A model generated the notes under the pieces. That model had not been told where the DNA came from. It saw nothing but the letters and a program-made list of their open reading frames with translations, and ran no database searches. This document shows positions 28,773 through 36,648 of a DNA stretch of 52,320 nt, one piece after another. The stretch's first letter is position 1, and the number at the start of each line of letters is the position of its first letter. A program made the translations under genes and the position numbers. The stretch comes from a virus. Lineage: Duplodnaviria > Caudoviricetes. The stretch spans positions 1 to 52,320 of IMG/VR virus record IMGVR_UViG_3300021964_000098, one strand, 5' to 3'.

Positions 28773-29197
28773 AGCTCATCCTCTAAGGATTCTTCTACAT
28801 CAAACTCATCACCGACTCCACCACTGGAGTATGGAACCAGATCAAGAACCTGCATAGCTAGAAACTCAAGACCTTGGTAAGTCTTACCACCTCTATCCAT
28901 CTCCCATTCACGATACTGAACCTTGACCTTAGAGCCGTTACCGACTTCGGAATCAATCTCATTCTTCATTCGATCATAGAGTTTAGGAGGTTCTCTAGTT
29001 CCCTTTGGCCCACCATTCACCTTTCTCTTGATGATAATAGCAGGGCCTTCATTCATGTCTTTGACCTTGAATCCACGGCGTTTGAAATCCGCAGCAGTGC
29101 CATCGTCAACTACAAGGTTAACACTATACACTGGTTCATAAGTTGTATTGGGGCGTTTAACACTAGCCCAGTAAGCAGTACCTTCTACTATAGCCAT
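28769..29197 (-). CDS. Single-stranded DNA-binding protein (T7 gp2.5-like)
   Basis: G.AYWA, VGNGSKVKV, QVLDLV.Y and acidic C-terminal tail; GAGGAG RBS. Confidence 0.8.
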   Translation of the reverse strand: MAIVEGTAYWASVKRPNTTYEPVYSVNLVVDDGTAADFKRRGFKVKDMNEGPAIIIKRKVNGGPKGTREPPKLYDRMKNEIDSEVGNGSKVKVQYREWEMDRGGKTYQGLEFLAMQVLDLVPYSSGGVGDEFDVEESLEDEL

Positions 29198-29488
29198 TTA
29201 TAGCTCCTCTTTAGCTTTACTGTAAAAATATCTGTGACCTGCCCAGAACAAAAAGGAAAGTATCACGTTCTCAATAGTGGATGGTAGCACACCTGTTCGG
29301 CTTTGTAAATCCACTAGCTCAATCACCTCTACCAACAACAGAATAGCAAAGGTATAGAACCCTAGTATAAATAAACCTCCACCCAACATCAAGGACTTGG
29401 CTTTCATTGAGCCTTTCATTGTTGCATCCTTCAGCGTTGTGAAGTAATCTTTGATTTCTGAAAAGGGATCAAGATTATCTGTACTCAT
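29198..29488 (-). CDS. Hypothetical two-TM membrane protein
   Basis: Two hydrophobic helices. Confidence 0.6.
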   Translation of the reverse strand: MSTDNLDPFSEIKDYFTTLKDATMKGSMKAKSLMLGGGLFILGFYTFAILLLVEVIELVDLQSRTGVLPSTIENVILSFLFWAGHRYFYSKAKEEL

Positions 29489-29931
29489 TTTGTATCTCCA
29501 ATTATTGTAAATTTCCCAATGTCAATAGTTATCAATGGCTCTACATCCTGCCAATCGTTGCGATCATAACGGCCTCCAATATTTATGTCAATATTATCAT
29601 CCTCAATATCATCAAGACAGATATACCCGCTAGTATCTGCCCATCTAACACAGAGGTAAGTATGTATATTTAAAGATCTATAAATCTCTTTAGCTTTTAA
29701 AAACTTAGATAAAGATATTATATAAGTAGGATAAGTATTATGTTTACATTTACGTTCTTTTAGTTCTAAAAAGAACTTAGGCTTATAGTTTCTAAGATCT
29801 AAAGCTATGAAGTCTAATCCATATTGGATAGGTAACTTTCTTAAATTAACTTTAAAATATTTCTCTAAGTCTTTACTAAAGCTTTTCTCAGCAGCTAAAG
29901 ACTGTTTAGTTTCATATAGTTTTCTAGGCAT
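29485..29931 (-). CDS. PD-(D/E)XK-fold nuclease-like protein
   Basis: YGLDF...ELKER, IISLSK, GGRYDRND.QDVEP; likely start MPRKLY. Confidence 0.7.
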   Translation of the reverse strand: MPRKLYETKQSLAAEKSFSKDLEKYFKVNLRKLPIQYGLDFIALDLRNYKPKFFLELKERKCKHNTYPTYIISLSKFLKAKEIYRSLNIHTYLCVRWADTSGYICLDDIEDDNIDINIGGRYDRNDWQDVEPLITIDIGKFTIIGDTK

Positions 29932-30172
29932 AGAGTTTCTCCCAGTTACGAGGCTTACGTTTCTTACCATTAGCCAACGCCCTGTAGTAAGCATCACAAC
30001 TTGCAGCCTTCCAATACATATTCTTTAGTATCTCTCGGCCTTGTTTTACTCGTAGCTTTTTTCTTGAATAGCCACCATGAACTGGCTTTATATGAATAAA
30101 CTTACTACCTATATTAATCTCACAGAGTCTCCAACCTTCATAGTAATACCAAGTTGTTACCTTATCACTCAT
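29924..30172 (-). CDS. Hypothetical basic protein
   Basis: Likely start MSDKVTTW overlapping the upstream stop. Confidence 0.55.
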   Translation of the reverse strand: MSDKVTTWYYYEGWRLCEINIGSKFIHIKPVHGGYSRKKLRVKQGREILKNMYWKAASCDAYYRALANGKKRKPRNWEKLYA

Positions 30173-30350
30173 CTTTGGAGAAAGTAAAAAATCTTTTAAG
30201 TCTAGATGTTCTTGCATTGCTGCGCTCCTTAGTATGAACCTCATACCATTTCTGAAATGCTTTCTTGTTCATAATATAATCATCGTATTCATCGTTCCTA
30301 AGAACTGGAACCATTTGTAATAGTTGATGCTGCGTATAGTTACTAGCCAT
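30165..30350 (-). CDS. Hypothetical protein
   Basis: Likely start MASNYT overlapping the glycosylase stop. Confidence 0.5.
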   Translation of the reverse strand: MASNYTQHQLLQMVPVLRNDEYDDYIMNKKAFQKWYEVHTKERSNARTSRLKRFFTFSKDE

Positions 30351-30873
30351 TAAACCACTCCGGGATAGATCTGTTAGTCCACTTAGCAAAGTGTTTCGTA
30401 TGGTAATAGTCTCGGTAACACTCAATGTTACAATCCGAAACCTTATTCTCATCCGGCATTGCTAAAGTTGGGGGTGTGAATGCATCAATAGTTATATTAT
30501 CTGGTGCTTCAAGTAGTAAGTCTTTTAATTCTGCACACTTATGAACCTTCTCATATCTATGCGTATACTCATTAAGTAAATAATTAAATAGATCATCTAA
30601 CCATATGTAATTACTTACATTTTCTCTACACCATACGGCAGAAGGATGATTCATATGTGTAGCTTGATATAAATCTTTACGTTGATCTTCTAGGTAATAT
30701 CTCTTTACCATTCTGCCTGTTCTTCTTGAAGGCTCATAGTACATAGTCCCATCTAAAACTCTGTGAGCTGTAGACAATAGCTGTGCATACTCCAGTATCA
30801 TTTTGACAACATGTTTATCACAGTGATGTTCAGCACATATTTTTGGATCGTTATGTAAGTAAAATATATTCAT
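30343..30873 (-). CDS. Pyrimidine-dimer DNA glycosylase family protein (DenV-related)
   Basis: MNIFYL...A..HCDKHVVKMILE.AQLLSTAH, HMNHP..VW, YR.YY...K.FAKW. Confidence 0.8.
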   Translation of the reverse strand: MNIFYLHNDPKICAEHHCDKHVVKMILEYAQLLSTAHRVLDGTMYYEPSRRTGRMVKRYYLEDQRKDLYQATHMNHPSAVWCRENVSNYIWLDDLFNYLLNEYTHRYEKVHKCAELKDLLLEAPDNITIDAFTPPTLAMPDENKVSDCNIECYRDYYHTKHFAKWTNRSIPEWFNG

Positions 30874-31061
30874 GCTGAATGTCCCTCATCAGCAGTTACC
30901 CATTGCTCAGTTGTTTTATCAAAGACTACGCCTAGTTTATCTGTAATATGATTCCACGCTCCCGCCCACTCTAATGCTCTATGTTTATCGGAATCGTCAC
31001 AGAAATCATAGTAAGTAGAACTCTCATCAAACAATATTTGTAGTGCTTTATTGGTATTCAT
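30870..31061 (-). CDS. Hypothetical protein
   Basis: GGAGG RBS, ATGA coupling. Confidence 0.6.
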   Translation of the reverse strand: MNTNKALQILFDESSTYYDFCDDSDKHRALEWAGAWNHITDKLGVVFDKTTEQWVTADEGHSA

Positions 31062-31062
31062 A

Positions 31063-31242
31063 TTAATCCTCCCAGATTGTATTATTAGTTTTTACGCTAT
31101 CAAGTTTTCCCAATGCACTTCTGATTCTACATAAAGATATTTCCACATCCCTTGCATAGTCTGCTATTTCAGAGCGGATTTCTTCATTAGTAAGCATTTC
31201 TGATATGATTCTATTGGATTCTGAATGATCAATATTCTTCAT
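31063..31242 (-). CDS. Hypothetical protein, 59 aa (not in ORF track)
   Basis: MKNIDHSESNRII...NNTIWED fills the gap with ATGA coupling. Confidence 0.55.
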   Translation of the reverse strand: MKNIDHSESNRIISEMLTNEEIRSEIADYARDVEISLCRIRSALGKLDSVKTNNTIWED

Positions 31243-31490
31243 GTTAAGCTCTTTACATTTAAGTATGTTGTAAATATCTTAGGTAGCAGATCATCTAACT
31301 CATCTTTACCACTGACCTGTTCCCACGGCATAGCTGCCCCTCTATCTGATAGAGCTTTACTTGCGAATTCATCTTCTACAAAAGAAAGAAAGCTACGTAT
31401 GAAGGAAGGGTGAGGAAGGGGTGCATCAATCTTTACAAAGTTATATGCCACCCAATCATCAATCTGGTGATAGAACTTCTGCCTGTCCAT
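31239..31490 (-). CDS. Hypothetical protein
   Basis: Likely start MDRQK after AGGAG. Confidence 0.6.
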   Translation of the reverse strand: MDRQKFYHQIDDWVAYNFVKIDAPLPHPSFIRSFLSFVEDEFASKALSDRGAAMPWEQVSGKDELDDLLPKIFTTYLNVKSLT

Positions 31491-31625
31491 TACTTTGCTC
31501 CTGTAAGTAATTAATAACATTATCTAAAGAACATACAAAAACTAGATCTGATCTAGAATCTAAAGGACACCCGCTTAGGGCATCCCTTAGTTCTATTAGA
31601 TCAGCTAGTGTAGACTCACTAACCA

Positions 31626-32525
31626 TCAAGCCACCTTACGAAACAAACGATCATTAGAAATAACCTCAGAGACTTTGTTAGCTCTACGATTCTGTAAAGA
31701 TATAACAGATGAGCCTTTCCTAGAGGGCTGGCAATGTGTAGCCCAATCGGTCAGAGCATTATAAACTGCCCATAGATTTCCACCTTGACGAGGCACATAA
31801 GTATCTCTATACAACCTCCAAAGCTGTATATAGTTTTTATTATTCCATGTCTTTTCATCAAGAGGATCACCGCCAATTGCGGCAGCAAATATAGACTTAA
31901 TAATTTCTTGAGATGGTACAGTCTTATACCATATCTTCCATAGCTCATTCTGCTGCATCATTACCTCTAGACCTTTACCAACAATCTGAGATCCTTTATG
32001 AATATCTAGCTGCCGAGTATGTCTAGACTTATATATAGTAGAGCTACCTTCTGTGAATATCTGACCATTCATACAGGCCGACTGTCTAGCACCAGCCGAC
32101 ATCATGAAACTAAACAGACCATCAAAACTATTAACTCCAAGGAAACTTAGAGCGGCTGTGTCACCATCTGGAGTCTCTAGAAACTGATTAGGTAAGGTAT
32201 GCTTTACATAACACCTAGCACCGTTACGATCAGTAACAATAGACTCAACAATATCCTTAGTATTGAGATCACTTCGCATAATCATAGCTCTCTGATTAGC
32301 TATCATGTCTCTGTGGTTTACTGGCTTATACTTAGGGCCGACAACTCCAAGACAATGATTAGTATCAGTGCGAACAATGGCACGTTTATTAACCACAGTC
32401 TGGCTGTGCCTACCGTCTAGTGATTTAGTATTATAATGTAACTGCTTCAAGTCAATGTCAAAGTCGGCATCGCCATAAGGCAGATAAGAAAGATTGTTAC
32501 TATATAGGTTGATTACATTTTCCAT
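31626..32525 (-). CDS. DUF932/DUF945-family protein
   Basis: LGVVG.KY.PV.H, NSFDG, R..C.NG, RHT, LWAVYNALTDWATH; AGGAG RBS. Confidence 0.8.
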   Translation of the reverse strand: MENVINLYSNNLSYLPYGDADFDIDLKQLHYNTKSLDGRHSQTVVNKRAIVRTDTNHCLGVVGPKYKPVNHRDMIANQRAMIMRSDLNTKDIVESIVTDRNGARCYVKHTLPNQFLETPDGDTAALSFLGVNSFDGLFSFMMSAGARQSACMNGQIFTEGSSTIYKSRHTRQLDIHKGSQIVGKGLEVMMQQNELWKIWYKTVPSQEIIKSIFAAAIGGDPLDEKTWNNKNYIQLWRLYRDTYVPRQGGNLWAVYNALTDWATHCQPSRKGSSVISLQNRRANKVSEVISNDRLFRKVA

Positions 32526-32537
32526 AGTTGTTGCTCC

Positions 32538-32753
32538 TTAGTCTAGTATTTCTACAGGTTGGTTGGTTTCTATCCATACTTTAGCACCACAGGACAATGG
32601 TTTATCCGGTGAATACTTTATCTCGCCATCAGTAAACTTAACCCGATTGCAATAAGTATTTGTTTTATAAGTCTTTACAGTTATGACAGGCTTGTTAGCT
32701 CCTTTAGCATTAGCCTTTATGTTGTGCTGATTAACATGAATTATTGTTTTCAT
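32538..32753 (-). CDS. Conserved hypothetical phage protein
   Basis: IHVNQH.I..N...PVITVK...YSPDKPLSCGAKVWIET. Confidence 0.7.
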   Translation of the reverse strand: MKTIIHVNQHNIKANAKGANKPVITVKTYKTNTYCNRVKFTDGEIKYSPDKPLSCGAKVWIETNQPVEILD

Positions 32754-32913
32754 TCAATATATCCTCTGCCATTTCATTTGCTATTTCTTCAGCCCTATCC
32801 AGACTAGAAGTTGTAATTATTTCATCATGGAAAGATGAGCTAACCTCATAATATGTAAAGGGTCTACCCTCAAACTCATCTCTAACTGGTAGGATATCAA
32901 TTCTTGGATTCAT
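32731..32913 (-). CDS. Hypothetical acidic early protein
   Basis: GGAGG RBS, TAATG coupling. Confidence 0.55.
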   Translation of the reverse strand: MNPRIDILPVRDEFEGRPFTYYEVSSSFHDEIITTSSLDRAEEIANEMAEDILNENNNSC

Positions 32914-33179
32914 TAATGCATTACCTCCTGATCAACATTGTCTAGCTCTTTCGCTATATCAACAGCTTGAGTACAACAAGAAGTCATCTCTTCTACAAAA
33001 ACCGAATCATCTTCATCAATCACATCTTTGATCTGGTGCAACAAAGTAGCTAAGGCAATCGCCCCTATCTTAGGATCTACTTCATGTTTATCAAATGTTT
33101 TAGCTAATGCCCCTCTAGCCTCTTCAATTAAATCAAACATCTCTTCTGCAAATTCTACTGCTTTAGTATGGTCGGTCAT
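32913..33179 (-). CDS. Hypothetical acidic early protein
   Basis: TAAGGAG RBS; preceded by a conserved hairpin. Confidence 0.65.
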   Translation of the reverse strand: MTDHTKAVEFAEEMFDLIEEARGALAKTFDKHEVDPKIGAIALATLLHQIKDVIDEDDSVFVEEMTSCCTQAVDIAKELDNVDQEVMH

Positions 33180-33227
33180 GGTCGGCTCCTTATGTTTTAT
33201 AAAGGTCTTTCACTACGTAAAGACCTT

Positions 33228-33386
33228 TTAAAACTTATTAAAAAACTTTCTATTAATATCTTTCCGCATCTTCACAATCTCAGGTGACATTGGAAGCTTA
33301 GTAATTGATTTACCTTTTTTAAAATACTCTTCCATATCTTTATGTAACTGATCTATATACTTATTTTTATCGAACGAATTAGACAT
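33228..33386 (-). CDS. Hypothetical protein, 52 aa (not in ORF track)
   Basis: MSNSFDKNKY...EEYFKKGKSITKLP...; AAGGAG RBS. Confidence 0.6.
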   Translation of the reverse strand: MSNSFDKNKYIDQLHKDMEEYFKKGKSITKLPMSPEIVKMRKDINRKFFNKF

Positions 33387-33398
33387 AACAATTACTCC

Positions 33399-34028
33399 TT
33401 AGTGCCACAGATAGGCAACAGTCTTAGTTGATTTATCCCAACAACTCCGACAGCTACCACATTTACCATCGTTATCAGGCTTTGAACACTTCTTAACATT
33501 GACAGGAGCTTGGCTCCAATCCTGAACTATTGTAGAAGTACAATCACCTTTAATGATTTCGCCATTGATACCATCAGATGACCAACGAACTACAACATTA
33601 TCTAAACTCTGCATCTCTTTGAGAACAGGTAAAAACTTCTTGAACTTATGTTGTCTAGTTGGAAACCAGTGATTAGTGTTTGGAGTACGCTTCATAACCT
33701 CCAGTATTTTCTTAGCTAAATCAATATGATAGCAGTCACCGCTATCAAACCACCTGAAGTATCTAACATTGTCAACTTCTTGAACCATAACATCTATCCA
33801 ATCATCATGCTTCCAATCTTCTTTGTTATGATCTCGGACAGCTTTTACAGTAGGCATTCTGTAAAAACCTTTTGCTGCATAGCAAGTAGAGCAAGCATCT
33901 ACTAACTCACCATCAGTATCTAAAGATCCGGGACAAGTAGTCTTAGCTTCAAGCGACCAACTAAGTCCCGGCATTGCCGAAGTCTTAGAGAACTTCGGCG
34001 TTGCTGAAATGTTTTTAAGTTTAATCAT
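33399..34028 (-). CDS. GP88-like Cys-rich (putative Fe-S) protein
   Basis: SKTSAMPG.SWSL.A..TCPG...C..CYA.KG, FRWFDSGD, HWFPTR, C.....C..C..CW. Confidence 0.75.
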   Translation of the reverse strand: MIKLKNISATPKFSKTSAMPGLSWSLEAKTTCPGSLDTDGELVDACSTCYAAKGFYRMPTVKAVRDHNKEDWKHDDWIDVMVQEVDNVRYFRWFDSGDCYHIDLAKKILEVMKRTPNTNHWFPTRQHKFKKFLPVLKEMQSLDNVVVRWSSDGINGEIIKGDCTSTIVQDWSQAPVNVKKCSKPDNDGKCGSCRSCWDKSTKTVAYLWH

Positions 34029-34263
34029 CGGATTTGTTTTTGACATCTAAAGTGTCCCTAATTGCTTGTTCAACAGAGTCTCTAAGCCCAGCAAGGAACT
34101 GATACATATCAATATTTTCTTCATTTCTTTCTCGTAGAAACATGGTGAGTTCAAAAGTCTCGGCTCTGCTATTTGTAATAACAAGTTCTACCCAGTTATG
34201 ATCAAGGTTTGGGATGTTAACTTTTACATCTGTGATTCTATGTAGTGATATTTCTTCAAGCAT
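34021..34263 (-). CDS. Hypothetical early protein
   Basis: GGAG RBS; overlaps neighbours. Confidence 0.6.
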   Translation of the reverse strand: MLEEISLHRITDVKVNIPNLDHNWVELVITNSRAETFELTMFLRERNEENIDMYQFLAGLRDSVEQAIRDTLDVKNKSDD

Positions 34264-34501
34264 CTTCGGCTCCTGTAAGTATTCCAGTTATAGTTTCTTC
34301 ATATGTGTATCTCAAACCTTCTTGAGATTCGTTGAAGTCGGTGTAAATTTTATCTAACAGAGTTTCTAATCTGTTTTTTATTTCGTAAGCACTATCTTTA
34401 AGATTGCCCTCAAAAGGCAACAGATCTTCAAGCTCTTTAGAGTATATAAAATGATAATCAAACATCAATTCAATGTGGCGTTTGGCTTGCTCCCTGTTCA
34501 T
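34256..34501 (-). CDS. Hypothetical early protein
   Basis: AAGGGG RBS; preceded by a conserved hairpin. Confidence 0.6.
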   Translation of the reverse strand: MNREQAKRHIELMFDYHFIYSKELEDLLPFEGNLKDSAYEIKNRLETLLDKIYTDFNESQEGLRYTYEETITGILTGAEDA

Positions 34502-34569
34502 GGCTGGCCCCTTTTAGATTTATGAAGGTCTTTCACAACGTAAAAGACCTTCTAAATCTTTTAAATAAA

Positions 34570-34755
34570 TTATAATAAATCCTTTAACTCAACAGGACGT
34601 TGCTCTAACTCAATACCTAACTGCCTGATCCAGTAAACTTTTTCAAGCGGAATAGTTTTAGTATTCATAAGATTCACAAGTGACCTAGAAACATCACAGT
34701 CTGGGTAGATCTTATCTACTCCATAGATATTCTTAACTTTAATATATGCTTTCAT
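34570..34755 (-). CDS. Hypothetical early protein
   Basis: TAAGGAG RBS; KVKNIYG...YP.C..S..L..L...KT pattern. Confidence 0.65.
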   Translation of the reverse strand: MKAYIKVKNIYGVDKIYPDCDVSRSLVNLMNTKTIPLEKVYWIRQLGIELEQRPVELKDLL

Positions 34756-34835
34756 CGTTGCTCCTTAGCTCGGCGGCTTTTTAGATTTACAAAGACCTTT
34801 CACTTTCGTAAAAGGTCTTTTAAATCTTTTAAATA

Positions 34836-35015
34836 TTATTTATTAAAATTCCTAGAAAACTGAAACTTTTTACGGCCAGTTATTATGCGGACGTAATTCA
34901 GTTGGTAATATTTATGGTGCGTTAACTTAGAATTACGATTAGATCGTAAAACTGTATAACTATCTAGAGTCCAGAACGGGTTGAAATAATAATATAATAA
35001 TTCTAAATATATCAT
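34836..35015 (-). CDS. Hypothetical early protein
   Basis: GGGAG RBS before ATG at 35015; very AT-rich. Confidence 0.4.
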   Translation of the reverse strand: MIYLELLYYYFNPFWTLDSYTVLRSNRNSKLTHHKYYQLNYVRIITGRKKFQFSRNFNK

Positions 35016-35028
35016 ATAGATACTCCCT

Positions 35029-35058
35029 AAAACTCTGGAGAGCATAAACTCTCCAGAG
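35029..35058 (-). terminator. Hairpin / probable terminator downstream of the 35070-35576 gene
   Basis: Minus strand CTCTGGAGAG-TTTATG-CTCTCCAGAG-TTTT. Confidence 0.6.
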
Positions 35059-35069
35059 CGTTGGTGGAT

Positions 35070-35576
35070 TTAGCCAAGCTTCAGCTGAGTTACAAGCTGA
35101 TCAAGTGTAGACTTGATAAGATTTACATCCTCTGACATCTGAGACACCTCACCTTCAAGGAAGGTCATACGTGTCTCTAACTCTGTTGGCTTGGAAGCTG
35201 CTTTAGCAGCGACCTTGGGTGTTGCCTTTTTGGCGACCTTCTTCTTGGCAACCTTGGTTGCTGTGGGCTTGGCAGTCTTCTTGACTGCTTTGACCTTGAC
35301 CGGAGCTTTAGCTCCAACCATGTCCTCAGTCTTGACCTGACGAGTCAGGAAAGCCGGGATCTTAGCTGTCTCGAAAAGCTCTTGAGCTTTCCCACGGCTA
35401 AGAGATGAAGCCGGAAACTGGGAGTATAAAACTCCCAAGACTCGCTTCCGAATGATTGGGAACTTGATCTCTGGAATCTCTTGAGATTCACAAAGGAGGT
35501 AAGCAAACTTACCTGCTAGGCCAAAGTACTGCTTAGGAGTTGCTTGAATTTCATTCAAAGTTTGTGAAGTTGTCAT
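35070..35576 (-). CDS. Early protein with histone-H1-like Lys/Ala/Pro linker and C-terminal coiled coil
   Basis: KAPVKVKAVKKTAKPTATKVAKKKVAKKATPKVAAKAASKP; GGAG RBS. Confidence 0.7.
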   Translation of the reverse strand: MTTSQTLNEIQATPKQYFGLAGKFAYLLCESQEIPEIKFPIIRKRVLGVLYSQFPASSLSRGKAQELFETAKIPAFLTRQVKTEDMVGAKAPVKVKAVKKTAKPTATKVAKKKVAKKATPKVAAKAASKPTELETRMTFLEGEVSQMSEDVNLIKSTLDQLVTQLKLG

Positions 35577-35686
35577 GGTAAATCTCCGATTTAAGTTTGT
35601 GTTGTGTTGTCGTTTGTGGTGCTAAGAAGCTTTTAAGTCTCTCTCACTACGTAAGAGAGACTAAAAAGTTCTAAGGGTTTGGCGGT

Positions 35687-35875
35687 CTATAAATTCTGCG
35701 TGTCAATGCCTCTGGCATCGTTCCCGAGAATTTCCATGATCGCGTTGAACTTTGGATGTTCCGGATCTATCTTGATAGATACCGAGGGCTTTCGGTCCAA
35801 CATTTCTTCGAGGGTTATCAATCCACAGTTGTAAAGCTCTAGGCTATCTTCGATAGAAAATTCAACTTTAATCAT
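35687..35875 (-). CDS. Hypothetical protein, first gene of the early arm
   Basis: AAGGAG RBS; 62 aa. Confidence 0.6.
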   Translation of the reverse strand: MIKVEFSIEDSLELYNCGLITLEEMLDRKPSVSIKIDPEHPKFNAIMEILGNDARGIDTQNL

Positions 35876-35940
35876 CGTATGTACTCCTTTGGAGTTGTGT
35901 GTGAGTTTTTGGTTTGTCTCGTTGTCGCTGAGACATTTCC

Positions 35941-35970
35941 ATTAAAGGCATATCGGATTTTTGGAGTCAA
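35941..35970 (-). promoter_or_regulatory. Candidate sigma70 early promoter
   Basis: TTGACT-18 nt-TTTAAT on the minus strand, upstream of the first early gene. Confidence 0.5.
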
Positions 35971-36098
35971 GAGGTTTCTGGTGGGTGATTTTGGTGCGCA
36001 TTATGCGTAGGAAAACAGGCGAAGAAACCCTGCATCACGTAGGCGTGTCATGATCACGTAGCGCGATCACGTTGATATTTTTAAACTTCGGGGATAGT

Positions 36099-36334
36099 AT
36101 ATTTAGTTTACTAAATATTCTATAGGTTGTTGAATTTTATAGACTCTTGAGTCTTTAAAATTTATTCAGAAGACTTACAAAATCTCTTGAGATTTTGTAA
36201 ACTAGGGAGAGCTTGAAGTTTCGGGGGCAGAATCTTTAAAGAACTTTAAAGATTCTGGAGTTTCTGGAGGGCTTTAGAGTCTAACAAGTTAGACACTAAA
36301 GATTTCTTAGCCCTCTAAAGTTCTTTAGAGGGCT
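36099..36334. repeat. Array of six short inverted repeats with 2-nt loops
   Basis: 36099-36118, 36141-36154, 36175-36200, 36228-36257, 36279-36294, 36309-36334. Confidence 0.9.
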
Positions 36335-36555
36335 GGGCAGGAGGCCATGCCACCCCCCCTAGTATATATACTAATACTCATACATTTCACAGGCTTGAGA
36401 GTGTTAACTAGTTTAGGGCGATAGGAACTTCAGAGTCTTGGAGGGTTTTTGCGGCCATAGAGACTTTAAAGTCTTTAAAGGGGATATACTCAATCCGATA
36501 GGATTGTTGTTGTCTCTATAAATATATATATATGAACCCGGGGGGTACAAAGTAT

Positions 36556-36584
36556 ATTATACACTCCACAGAGCATTTTGTCAA
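36556..36584 (-). promoter_or_regulatory. Consensus sigma70 promoter (leftward)
   Basis: TTGACA-17 nt-TATAAT on the minus strand. Confidence 0.9.
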
Positions 36585-36611
36585 GTATTATTTAAAAAAA
36601 TTAAAAAAGAC

Positions 36612-36640
36612 TTGACAGAACCTCTATTTAGGACTATAAT
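36612..36640 (+). promoter_or_regulatory. Consensus sigma70 promoter (rightward, packaging/structural arm)
   Basis: TTGACA(36612-17)-17 nt-TATAAT(36635-40), A-rich upstream element. Confidence 0.9.
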
Positions 36641-36648
36641 AGTATAAG

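Noticed and set aside
33194-35672. N4-type single-stranded DNA hairpin promoters
   Set aside because: Only two of four loops fit C-GNA-G, the stems are much longer, the U-G pair favours RNA, and no virion RNAP was identified.
35876-36648. tRNA or other known structural RNA gene in the large intergenic region
   Set aside because: No cloverleaf or T-loop consensus was recognisable by eye, only simple palindromes.
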